A stretch of 12,391 bases of DNA, taken from positions 1 to 12,391 of the forward strand of contig CALZHW010000108.1 in assembly GCA_945787125.1 (NCBI GenBank), given 5' to 3'. A model generated the notes under the pieces. That model made no database searches and was not told where the DNA came from. It worked only from the letters and a program-made list of their open reading frames with translations. This document shows, one piece after another, positions 1 through 7,700 of the stretch. Origin of the DNA: an uncultured Ectothiorhodospiraceae bacterium. GTDB lineage: Bacteria > Pseudomonadota > Gammaproteobacteria > S012-40. Position numbers and translations under genes: made by a program. Positions within the stretch are counted from its first letter, which is position 1. Every line of letters begins with the position of its first letter.

Positions 1-1576
1 CGATGATGACGCCGCTGAAGAAGCCGCCGCCACCCTGGCAACCGTCGACAGTGACTTTGGCCGCACCACCGACCCTGTACGCATGTACATGCGAGAAATG
101 GGCACCGTTGAATTATTGACCCGCGAAGGCGAAATCAAGATTGCCAAGCGCATCGAAGCCGGCCTCGGCCAGGTTTACAAAGCCCTGGGCAACTTCCCCA
201 ACAGCATCGCTATCCTCATCGAAGGCTATATCCAGATCGAAGCCGGCGAAACTAGTCTGGCCGATTTCATTCGCGTCTTTGCCGATCTTACTGATGAAAT
301 TGCGCCACCTGCCAGTGCCGCCAGCAAATCTGACGACGATGATGATGAAAAACCAGTCGATACCGGCCCGGATCTGGAAGAAGTCCGCGCCTGCATGAAA
401 ACGATATCCACGCTATACACCAAACACCAGAACCTGGTCAAAAAGAGCGGTCTCAACGAGCCGAAACTAAAAGAGCTACGCGAAGAAACATCTGAAGCCT
501 TTCTTGCATTCAAATATTCACCAGCCTTCATTATCACCCTGGTCAAGAACCTGCGCGCAGTCGTTAACGAGATCCGCACTCATGAACGCATCATCATGAA
601 CATCTGCGTCAACGAAGCACATATGCCACGCAAGGAATTCATTACTTCATTCCCTGACAATGAAACAAATCTCGACTGGTTTGACCAAACAGTCAACTCA
701 AACGAATCATATGTAAAGGTTCTGCAGGAGCACGAAGACGAAATCCGCAGCGCCCAGAACAAACTGGTGGAGATTCAAGAAACCTGTAGCCTCACCATCA
801 CCGACATTAAAGATATCAACCGCATGATATCGATCGGAGAAGCCAAGGCCCGCCGCGCCAAGAAAGAGATGGTCGAAGCGAACCTGCGCCTGGTTATCTC
901 CATCGCCAAGAAATACACCAACCGCGGCCTGCAGTTCCTCGACCTGATCCAGGAAGGCAACATCGGCCTGATGAAAGCCGTCGATAAATTCGAATACCGT
1001 CGCGGTTACAAGTTTTCGACCTACGCCACCTGGTGGATTCGTCAAGCCATCACCCGTTCGATTGCCGACCAAGCTCGCACCATCCGTATTCCGGTGCACA
1101 TGATTGAGACCATCAACAAACTCAACCGTATCTCGCGTCAGATGTTGCAAGAGATGGGACGTGAAGCCACACCAGAAGAACTGGCCGAGCGCATGGAAAT
1201 GCCAGAAGACAAGATCCGTAAAGTACTCAAGATCGCCAAAGAACCAATTTCAATGGAGACACCAATTGGTGATGACGAAGACTCAAGCCTCGGCGACTTC
1301 ATCGAAGACGGCAACGTCATGGCACCACCTGACTCAGCCACCTTTGAAGGCCTGAAAGAGGCGACCACCGACGTCCTCGAAGGCCTCACCGCACGTGAAG
1401 CCAAAGTCCTACGGATGCGTTTCGGCATCGACATGAACACCGACCACACGCTGGAAGAGGTTGGCAAACAGTTCGACGTCACCCGTGAACGTATTCGTCA
1501 AATCGAAGCCAAAGCACTGCGCAAACTGCGCCACCCAAGCCGCTCTGAAAACCTGCGCAGCTTTCTGCAAGATTAG
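1..1576 (+). CDS. rpoD: RNA polymerase sigma-70 factor RpoD, 5'-truncated at the window edge (reading frame begins at nt 2)
   Basis: The frame-2 translation begins [52 protein letters not shown]. It continues through region 2 ([73 protein letters not shown]). It ends with region 4 ([55 protein letters not shown]), which is a canonical primary-sigma C-terminus. There is no start codon inside the window. The nested ORFs on both strands are artefacts. Confidence 0.97.
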   Translation, partial: DDDAAEEAAATLATVDSDFGRTTDPVRMYMREMGTVELLTREGEIKIAKRIEAGLGQVYKALGNFPNSIAILIEGYIQIEAGETSLADFIRVFADLTDEIAPPASAASKSDDDDDEKPVDTGPDLEEVRACMKTISTLYTKHQNLVKKSGLNEPKLKELREETSEAFLAFKYSPAFIITLVKNLRAVVNEIRTHERIIMNICVNEAHMPRKEFITSFPDNETNLDWFDQTVNSNESYVKVLQEHEDEIRSAQNKLVEIQETCSLTITDIKDINRMISIGEAKARRAKKEMVEANLRLVISIAKKYTNRGLQFLDLIQEGNIGLMKAVDKFEYRRGYKFSTYATWWIRQAITRSIADQARTIRIPVHMIETINKLNRISRQMLQEMGREATPEELAERMEMPEDKIRKVLKIAKEPISMETPIGDDEDSSLGDFIEDGNVMAPPDSATFEGLKEATTDVLEGLTAREAKVLRMRFGIDMNTDHTLEEVGKQFDVTRERIRQIEAKALRKLRHPSRSENLRSFLQD

Positions 1577-1583
1577 GCAAACA

Positions 1584-1625
1584 AAAAAATCCGCCTCATT
1601 GTTGTTAATGAGGCGGATTTTTTAT
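1584..1625 (+). terminator. rho-independent terminator of rpoD
   Basis: The stem ATCCGCCTCATT pairs with AATGAGGCGGAT across the loop gttgtt, followed by TTTTTTAT, beginning 8 nt after the rpoD stop (1574-1576). Confidence 0.9.
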
Positions 1626-1676
1626 CTTGCTGGTTAGCGCTATAAACACACGCTATACTACGCAGCTTCCAAATAA

Positions 1677-1753
1677 GGGCCTGTAGCTCAGTTGGTTAGA
1701 GCAGTGGACTCATAATCCATTGGTCGAGTGTTCGAGTCACTCCAGGCCCACCA
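1677..1753 (+). tRNA. ileX: tRNA with anticodon CAT, most likely tRNA-Ile2 (lysidine-modified, ileX-like); elongator tRNA-Met not excluded
   Basis: It has a cloverleaf structure. The acceptor pairs GGGCCTG with CAGGCCC and is followed by the discriminator A and an encoded CCA. The D-arm is GCTC-AGTTGGTTA-GAGC. The anticodon arm is GTGGA-CTCATAA-TCCAT (anticodon CAT). The variable loop is TGGTC and the T-arm is GAGTG-TTCGAGT-CACTC. The C4 and C5 acceptor bases and the TGGTC variable loop resemble E. coli ileX more than metT. The position directly downstream of rpoD matches the E. coli rpoD-ileX synteny. Confidence 0.9.
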
Positions 1754-1845
1754 TATAAATCAAAGGCTTACGCGGACTGTGCACGAAAGCATAGTTGGTC
1801 CGCCTTCTTAGCCGAAGCACACCGGTAGGCGCCCTTCAGATAAAT

Positions 1846-1880
1846 AGCCAGCCCAAACCTATAGGGCTGGCTTTATTATT
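1846..1880 (+). terminator. probable rho-independent terminator downstream of the tRNA
   Basis: AGCCAGCCC pairs with GGGCTGGCT across the loop aaacctata, followed by TTTATTATT. Confidence 0.6.
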
Positions 1881-1967
1881 AACCCCACCCATTAACAAAA
1901 TCAACAAGTTAGACAATATAATACATCAGCTTTTAAAGCCCCACTTAGAAACATTGAAAAATAACTC

Positions 1968-2012
1968 TTGACGCACACCCTTATTTTTACTAATTTCTGT
2001 AATAACAGAAAC
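1968..2012 (+). promoter_or_regulatory. sigma-70-type promoter (TTGACG-17-TAATTT) overlapped by the palindromic operator ATTTCTGT-AATA-ACAGAAAC (1993-2012)
   Basis: The -35 element is TTGACG (1968-1973). After a 17-nt spacer the -10 element is TAATTT (1991-1996). An 18-nt perfect inverted repeat, TTTCTGTAATAACAGAAA (1994-2011), overlaps the -10 and the likely +1, which is the classic autorepressor geometry. It lies 17 nt upstream of the regulator's ATG. Confidence 0.55.
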
Positions 2013-2028
2013 AACTGAAGATTAAGAA

Positions 2029-2556
2029 ATGAAGCTGACACCTGTAATGGAAAAATATATTCTTCACTGGGGAGAAATGGGTACCCGCTGGGGTGTTAAT
2101 CGTACCGTGGCACAGATCCATGCGCTGCTCTTCTTGTCTAGCAGGCCATTAAATGCTGAGGAGATTACTGAGACCCTAGGGGTTGCCCGCTCTAATGTAA
2201 GCACCAGTATTAAAGAACTGCAATCCTGGGGCCTGCTCAAAACTGTTTCCCAGATGGGAGATCGACGCGAGCACTTTTCGACAATGAAGGACCCCTGGGA
2301 GTTGTTCTACACCATTATGGAAGGCCGAAAACAGCGGGAGCTTGATCCAACCATGACTGTATTACGTGAGTGTGTGCTTGAAAGTGAGATTGATAATGAA
2401 ACCCCCGAAGAGGTGAAGGCTCGCATTAAAGATGTACTGGAGTTCATGGAAACGCTTGATACCTGGCACGACCAAATAAAAGACTTACCAAAATCGACTC
2501 TTTTAAAGCTAATCAAGCTAGGCGCTAAGGTTAAGAATTTTCTGGGCAAGACATAA
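2029..2556 (+). CDS. GbsR-family (MarR-like winged-helix, COG1510-type) transcriptional regulator
   Basis: The N-terminal sequence HWGEMGTRWGVNRTVAQIHALLFLSSRPLNAEEITETLGVARSNVSTSIKELQSWGLLK matches the GbsR/OpcR family signature (WG.NRT.AQIHALL ... ARSNVS ... L..WGL). The protein is 175 aa and sits next to a palindromic operator. Confidence 0.8.
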   Translation: MKLTPVMEKYILHWGEMGTRWGVNRTVAQIHALLFLSSRPLNAEEITETLGVARSNVSTSIKELQSWGLLKTVSQMGDRREHFSTMKDPWELFYTIMEGRKQRELDPTMTVLRECVLESEIDNETPEEVKARIKDVLEFMETLDTWHDQIKDLPKSTLLKLIKLGAKVKNFLGKT

Positions 2557-2574
2557 CTATTTTTTCGCCTATGA

Positions 2575-2594
2575 ATTTCTGTTAATACAGAAAT
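2575..2594 (+). promoter_or_regulatory. second copy of the palindromic operator (ATTTCTGT-TAAT-ACAGAAAT) in the promoter region of the downstream operon
   Basis: A perfect 8-4-8 inverted repeat lies 25 nt upstream of the ATG at 2620. The RBS AAGGAG is at 2605-2610. A possible -10 element, TATGAAT, is at 2570-2576. The half-sites are identical to those of the operator at 1993-2012. Confidence 0.6.
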
Positions 2595-2619
2595 CAAAGA
2601 AATAAAGGAGATTCACATT

Positions 2620-3006
2620 ATGAATTCACTCACCCTTTTCATTATCGAAGTTCTGCTTTGTTTTGGTATTAGTATTTCGGTGATTTATTTACTCAAGCCA
2701 TTACTGCGTGATGTCCTTGTCGAGACCTGTGGCACACAAACACGGGCTGAGTTTTGGGTCATGTTTACCCAGTTGATGTTGATTATCTCGCCATTACTAA
2801 TTGTGATCTACTTTGCCCCCACTCAAGGGCACGACGCAATAAATGCCGCCGAAGCAATACAGAACACATTATTTAGAAGTTTACTAGGGGATTTTATAGC
2901 CCTGATGATGATTGGCCAGGTTATCTGGAAATCAATCCAACGCGAACCTCAACTAAATGAAACTCATGTTGATACGCAACTTGAATCAAGTGAACTGGAA
3001 AAATAA
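2620..3006 (+). CDS. small hypothetical integral membrane protein (about 3 TM helices)
   Basis: The ORF has a strong RBS (AAGGAG). It has hydrophobic stretches LTLFIIEVLLCFGISISVIYLL, FWVMFTQLMLIISPLLIVIYF and LLGDFIALMMIGQVIW. I recognise no family. Confidence 0.6.
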   Translation: MNSLTLFIIEVLLCFGISISVIYLLKPLLRDVLVETCGTQTRAEFWVMFTQLMLIISPLLIVIYFAPTQGHDAINAAEAIQNTLFRSLLGDFIALMMIGQVIWKSIQREPQLNETHVDTQLESSELEK

Positions 3007-3007
3007 T

Positions 3008-4291
3008 ATGAATGTACTTATTACAGGTGCCAGCGGTTTCATTGGTAGCCATATTACCCAGACACTGATTAAGGATGGGCACATCGTTACTGTTTGTGTG
3101 CGAATTCCTAAACTAGCCCAACAACGCTGGCCAAGCGCTCACGCCATCACAACCGACTTCAGTAAAGATCACCATTCATCTGAATGGTTGCCACGCCTTG
3201 ACGATATCGACGTTGTTATCAATGCCGTTGGCATTATCCGTGAAACCGGCTCACAAACCTTTGAAGCACTACACACTGCGGCCCCTTGTGCTTTGTTCAA
3301 GGCTTGTGAGAAAGCAGGTGTAAAAAGAGTCATTCAAATTTCAGCACTAGGTGCGGATGAAACTGCCTTTAGCCAATATCACCTTAGCAAACGCGCTGCC
3401 GATGAATGCCTCATGGAATTAAACGTAAATTGGTCAATATTAATGCCATCGATAGTTTACGGTCCTGGAGCCAAGAGCATGACCTTTTTTAGAGCCTTGG
3501 CGTCCTTACCATTGACGCCAATTATTGATAAGGGTGATCAGCCAGTACAACCTATTCATATAGATGATCTTATACAAGCAGTATCACAGATCATTCAGCC
3601 AGAGACATCTGGCCAACATCAAATCGAATTGGTTGGCCCTAAGGCTATTACGATTAAAGAGATTTATTCACTACTACGCCATTGGCTGGGCTTGGGAAAT
3701 GCAAGGTTCATTTCACTACCCTACCAACTCACACTCATTGCTGGGCGTTTAGGTGGTTTTCTTGGCAACACACCGATGACAACAGAGTCCGTCCAAATGC
3801 TGCGCAAAGGCAATACAGCTGACGTCACTCCATTTATTAAACAGTTTGGCTTTGAGCCCATTAGCTTTGAACAAGCACTGATAAATATACCGGCACAGCA
3901 GACTGATCGCTGGCACGCCGGTCTTTATTTCTTAAAACCGTTATTACGATTTTCTATCGCTTTTATATGGATCTTCACTGGCATCGTTTCTGCCTTTGTT
4001 TTCCCGATAGAACAAAGCTATGCCATGCTGGCCAAAGCGGGAATTACTGGAATCTGGGCGCCAATAATGCTCTATGGAGCAGCAGCTACAGACCTTACAT
4101 TGGGCTTGGCGACACTAATGGCATATCGCCTACCTATCGTTGTATCGATACAGATTGCAGTAATTATTCTCTATTCGATAATTATCACCTTTTCACAGCC
4201 TGAACAGTGGATACATCCATTTGGCCCGGTAAGTAAAAATATTCCATTTATTGTTGCAACGCTTACCATGCTCGTGCTGGAGAGAAAGTAA
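3008..4291 (+). CDS. NAD(P)-binding SDR/NmrA-like oxidoreductase fused to a C-terminal DoxX-like membrane domain
   Basis: The sequence from the ATG at 3008 begins MNVLITGASGFIGSHI (a Rossmann GxxGxxG). It has the YHLSK (YxxxK) catalytic motif and SIVYGPG. The C-terminal 140 aa or so are multi-TM (FIWIFTGIVSAFVF...PIMLYGAAATDLTLGLATLMAY...IAVIILYSIIITFSQPEQWIHPFGPVSKNIPFIVATLTML) and are homologous to the stand-alone ORF at 5815-6207. The ORF-track start at 2957 overlaps the previous gene and is less likely. Confidence 0.75.
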   Translation: MNVLITGASGFIGSHITQTLIKDGHIVTVCVRIPKLAQQRWPSAHAITTDFSKDHHSSEWLPRLDDIDVVINAVGIIRETGSQTFEALHTAAPCALFKACEKAGVKRVIQISALGADETAFSQYHLSKRAADECLMELNVNWSILMPSIVYGPGAKSMTFFRALASLPLTPIIDKGDQPVQPIHIDDLIQAVSQIIQPETSGQHQIELVGPKAITIKEIYSLLRHWLGLGNARFISLPYQLTLIAGRLGGFLGNTPMTTESVQMLRKGNTADVTPFIKQFGFEPISFEQALINIPAQQTDRWHAGLYFLKPLLRFSIAFIWIFTGIVSAFVFPIEQSYAMLAKAGITGIWAPIMLYGAAATDLTLGLATLMAYRLPIVVSIQIAVIILYSIIITFSQPEQWIHPFGPVSKNIPFIVATLTMLVLERK

Positions 4292-4764
4292 TGGACTACG
4301 AAACCCTTAAGTGGCTCCACATATTAAGCTCAACACTATTGTTTGGCACAGGTCTTGGCAGTGCTTTTTATAAGTGGTGCGCAGACCGCTGCGGTAACCT
4401 TCAAGCCATTTCCCATACCAACCGAATCGTTGTCATTGCGGATTGGGTTTTCACCACACCGACAGTGATCATTCAGCCAGTGACTGGCGTGCTACTGGTA
4501 AACACAATGGGAATCGCACTTACTGAACCGTGGCTGCTCGCTACATATATTCTTTACGCTATTGCCGGTGGTTGTTGGCTCCCTGTTGTCTGGCTGCAAA
4601 TCCGTATGCGGGATCTCTCCCTACAAGCTATACAAAAAAACACCCATCTTGATGACACCTATCACCGCCAAGCTCGCCTTTGGTTCTGGTTAGGCATGCC
4701 TGCATTTACAGCTATGGTGATTATCTATTTTCTGATGGTATTTAAGCCAACCATCGGTATATAA
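4291..4764 (+). CDS. DUF2269-like integral membrane protein
   Basis: The N-terminus MDYETLKWLHILSSTLLFGTGLGSAFY resembles the KWLH-type start I recall for the DUF2269 family. It has four predicted TM segments. Its start (TAATG at 4289-4293) overlaps the upstream stop, which indicates translational coupling. Confidence 0.6.
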   Translation: MDYETLKWLHILSSTLLFGTGLGSAFYKWCADRCGNLQAISHTNRIVVIADWVFTTPTVIIQPVTGVLLVNTMGIALTEPWLLATYILYAIAGGCWLPVVWLQIRMRDLSLQAIQKNTHLDDTYHRQARLWFWLGMPAFTAMVIIYFLMVFKPTIGI

Positions 4765-4774
4765 GGAGTACAGA

Positions 4775-5392
4775 ATGTCGAATATTAAAGAACCTGTCAT
4801 CAAGCAAGCATTAGGTGAAAGCTGGGAAGAACTTGCCGAAATCGTCAAGCAACACTATGACATCACCCCAGGTGAATCCTCTAAAATGACCATCAGAGGC
4901 GTAATGGATGAAGTCTATCACTCAAAGATCGCCAAGCTTTTTCTACTGCCCGGTAGAATCTTTGGCGCATTGGTACCCTATAAAGGAACGGACATCCCAA
5001 CCGAGGTACGAAACTGGACATCTGAAAATAATCACAAGGCGATGTTTTGGTATAGAACTCTGGACTTCCCTAATAAACCACCATTGATTTTTGCCTCTCG
5101 TATGGAACACATAACAGATGATGAGATTATTGAATATGTACGTTATGGCATGGGTATACGCATGGGGATGTCGGTTGATGATGGTGCTTTAATTTTTAAG
5201 AGCAAAGGTTATGTGTGGAAGATTGCCGGTATCACAATACCAATTCCAACATGGTTTATCCTGGGTGATGCAGAAATCATCGAAAAAGAAATTTCAAAGA
5301 ATGAGTTTTACATTGACTTCAATATGATCCATCCATTGTTCGGCCGAACATTTTCATACTCAGGTACCTTCTCAATTGCGGAGGATAAATAG
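4775..5392 (+). CDS. soluble hypothetical protein, DUF4166-like
   Basis: The 205-aa ORF begins 11 nt after the previous stop with the RBS AAGGAG (4765-4770). It has no TM segments. The family assignment is from memory of DUF4166, which is often adjacent to NAD-binding dehydrogenases, and is tentative. Confidence 0.5.
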   Translation: MSNIKEPVIKQALGESWEELAEIVKQHYDITPGESSKMTIRGVMDEVYHSKIAKLFLLPGRIFGALVPYKGTDIPTEVRNWTSENNHKAMFWYRTLDFPNKPPLIFASRMEHITDDEIIEYVRYGMGIRMGMSVDDGALIFKSKGYVWKIAGITIPIPTWFILGDAEIIEKEISKNEFYIDFNMIHPLFGRTFSYSGTFSIAEDK

Positions 5393-5393
5393 A

Positions 5394-5825
5394 ATGGCAT
5401 TACCTCCAAACATGAAAGAAGACTGTAAAGTAATTTTGTTTGATGGTGTGTGTAAGCTGTGCAATTTTTGGAGTCAATTCATAATAAAAAATGACCGAAA
5501 AATGATATTCATGCTTGCATCAGTGCAATCATTAGAAGGCCAACAAATACTCAAACATTTCAATATGCCGACAGACCATTTCGACACCATGTTATATGTG
5601 GAAGGCGATCAGTCATTTGAAAAAAGTGATGCCTTTCTTAAAATCGTCAACCAACTAGATCTCCCATGGAAATTATTAAATATATTTCGATTCCTGCCAG
5701 GGTGGTTTCGCAATTGGTTATACGACCGAATTGCGTTAAATCGGTATGCATTATTTGGAAAGTATGACCAGTGCTTACTGCCAACGCCAGACCACGCAAA
5801 AAGGTACTTAAGAAATGGCGACTAG
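5394..5825 (+). CDS. DCC-family thiol-disulfide oxidoreductase (DUF393)
   Basis: The sequence VILFDGVCKLCNFW carries the D-x-x-C-x-x-C motif of DCC/DUF393 proteins. The preferred start is the ATG at 5394, preceded by GGAGGA at 5380-5385, rather than the upstream in-frame ATG at 5376, which overlaps the previous gene. Confidence 0.75.
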   Translation: MALPPNMKEDCKVILFDGVCKLCNFWSQFIIKNDRKMIFMLASVQSLEGQQILKHFNMPTDHFDTMLYVEGDQSFEKSDAFLKIVNQLDLPWKLLNIFRFLPGWFRNWLYDRIALNRYALFGKYDQCLLPTPDHAKRYLRNGD

Positions 5826-6207
5826 TTTAGTAAAAGTCAATCATATTGGCCGTTATGGATTGGCTTTTGTTTTTTTCTACCATGGTTTAATACCCAAAAT
5901 ACTCTGGCCTAGCCAGGTAGAAACTAGCTTAGTAATGGCGCATAATTTTGGTGTGTCTGCGACAATAATTTCGTCCGCTGCAGGTGCAATAGAAATTCTG
6001 CTAGCGCTTACTATTGTTTTTTATATAAAATCCTTAATACCTGTGTACATCGCTGCTCTCATGCTCATAGTTCTACTATTTGATGTTTATTTGGTGATGC
6101 CTGAATTGCTAACAGAAGCTTTCAACCCGGTTTCAACAAACATTTCGGCCTTAGTGTTGTGTTATTTGATATACATTACTCAAACGCGAAAAGCGATTAC
6201 ACTATAA
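5815..6207 (+). CDS. DoxX-like family membrane protein (stand-alone paralog of the C-terminal domain of the 3008-4291 gene)
   Basis: The 130-aa ORF has four hydrophobic helices. YGLAFVFFYHGLIPKILWP...PELLTEAFNPVSTNISALVLCYLIY aligns with the fusion protein's FIWIFTGIVSAFVFP...PEQWIHPFGPVSKNIPFIVATLTML. Its start overlaps the previous gene by 11 nt. Confidence 0.65.
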   Translation: MATSLVKVNHIGRYGLAFVFFYHGLIPKILWPSQVETSLVMAHNFGVSATIISSAAGAIEILLALTIVFYIKSLIPVYIAALMLIVLLFDVYLVMPELLTEAFNPVSTNISALVLCYLIYITQTRKAITL

Positions 6208-6290
6208 ATGCTAGACAAACTCCCATTCCATTGAACTCACCACTACTACATCCTGTTAAGATGGCCCGGCCTATTCCGAGCCACCACTTC

Positions 6291-7445
6291 TCACAACTTC
6301 ATTGTTGAAGGACTTTTAACTAAGTCCTTCATTACACCTTCCAGACCGGAGTAGACATTGATATTGCCGATACGCTCGGTCACTTTTTCCAACACTTCCA
6401 ACTCCTTTAGACGCATTAAGGTTGGGTTGCCTTCAATCATCTTGGCAGTATTATGCAACGAGCGTGTCGCCGCGGTCTCTTCACGCCGCTTGATCAAATT
6501 AGCCTCCGCCGCCTTTTCTGCCTCAACAACCTGATTGAGGATGGTCTTCATATCACCAGGCAAAATGATGTCACGCACACCGACACTCTTGACCGAGATA
6601 CCGTGCTCCTCAACTCGCTGACGGATACCGTCAGTCATCACCTTGTTCAGTGCATCTTTATCGTTCAGCAACTGGTCCAAAGTTTTGGTGCCTACTGCTT
6701 CACGCAGCTGCAACTGAAACTCCCGGTACAGGTAATCGTTGAAATCCGCCAGCTTGCTCTGAGCCAGCTGTGGATCTTCCACCTTATAAGCAGCAGAAAG
6801 GTTAAGCCTCAGGCTCACCCGATCTTTAGTCAAAATCTCCTGACCACTGACCTCGACATTCTGCAAACGCAGGTCAATGTGCTTGACCACAACATTACGA
6901 TGATACTTCCAGTAGCCGTAGCTACCTGGCTGCAACAACGCTTCCAGTTTGCCGTTGACCAACAGTAGACCGACATGATTATCTTCCACTTCGGTGTAGT
7001 AGATGGTCTTAGACGCACTGCGCACCAACTGTGTGTTATGACCGCGGCCCAGCAGTGCCAGCAACGCCTTCGACACACGGAAGTCCTCAGTGATATCAAC
7101 ACGCTTCAACTCGATCTTCTCTAGACCCTTCCAGTAGATTTTGAAACTACCTGGCGCGACGATATCGACCAGCAGACCATCGTGGTACAACAGCCCCACC
7201 TCATAGTCGCTGAGCTGATACGCCTCAAGGTAACCTCGAGTCTTATCGGCAAAGGTAGAAACCAAAAACTTACCCAGACTGTGATCCAACTCATGACGAG
7301 TGATATCAAAGCGCTCAGTTTTTACATTGCCAAGCAGATCGACGTAACGATACCTTCCTGGCTCAAGGACACCCGCAAAGCGATTCTTCTTAAACAGGAA
7401 GGCCCTTTCGTTATCTGCAACATCTATTCTTTTAACGAAAAACAT
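6291..7445 (-). CDS. cytoplasmic SPFH/band-7 (stomatin-prohibitin-like) domain protein
   Basis: The C-terminal half (ILTKDRVSLRLNLSAAYKVEDPQ...ISVKSVGVRDIILPGDMKTILNQVVEAEKAAEANLIKRREETAA) is an SPFH core followed by a coiled-coil tail. The preferred start is the ATG at 7445 (MFFVKRIDVADNERAFLF), preceded by GGAGG. The ORF-track start at 7484 is GTG. There is no N-terminal TM helix. Confidence 0.75.
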   Translation of the reverse strand: MFFVKRIDVADNERAFLFKKNRFAGVLEPGRYRYVDLLGNVKTERFDITRHELDHSLGKFLVSTFADKTRGYLEAYQLSDYEVGLLYHDGLLVDIVAPGSFKIYWKGLEKIELKRVDITEDFRVSKALLALLGRGHNTQLVRSASKTIYYTEVEDNHVGLLLVNGKLEALLQPGSYGYWKYHRNVVVKHIDLRLQNVEVSGQEILTKDRVSLRLNLSAAYKVEDPQLAQSKLADFNDYLYREFQLQLREAVGTKTLDQLLNDKDALNKVMTDGIRQRVEEHGISVKSVGVRDIILPGDMKTILNQVVEAEKAAEANLIKRREETAATRSLHNTAKMIEGNPTLMRLKELEVLEKVTERIGNINVYSGLEGVMKDLVKSPSTMKL

Positions 7446-7700
7446 AATGCCTCCTAAATTATTATTACTTTTAAAGTCGGGCACCCTCCATTGCAGGGGC
7501 GGAATATGACATTCAACAAACAGGAATGACTACTGAGAGGTTAATCGAATCATTGCCCAATATTCGTCTGTACAAGCCCGAACATACCTACCAATGCTCG
7601 AAGAACTTCAACGCCATTCGCGCCCACCAAAGCGGTCACACTCGGTCACTGCCACGTTGTTTAAAGTGAAATACCACTTCACATCAAACAAGGGTGCCCT

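Noticed and set aside
141-1482. Several nested ORFs on both strands inside rpoD (141-398+, 226-579-, 580-762-, 707-1150-, 775-963-, 1104-1355+, 1138-1482-)
   Set aside because: They lie entirely within the strongly conserved sigma-70 reading frame. Their amino-acid composition is low-complexity, rich in S, R and A, which is typical of out-of-frame translation of a GC-biased gene. They have no RBS and resemble nothing.
2957-3007. ORF-track start at 2957 (MKLMLIRNLNQVNWKNN...) for the SDR-DoxX gene
   Set aside because: This extension overlaps the last 50 nt of the preceding gene in another frame and adds a non-conserved leader. The ATG at 3008 gives the canonical MNVLITGASGFIGS N-terminus of NAD-binding Rossmann proteins.
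7446-7484. GTG start at 7484 for the SPFH gene
   Set aside because: The internal ATG at 7445 is directly preceded by GGAGG. The 13 extra residues (VPDFKSNNNLGGI) have no RBS of their own. Either start is possible, but 7445 is better supported.
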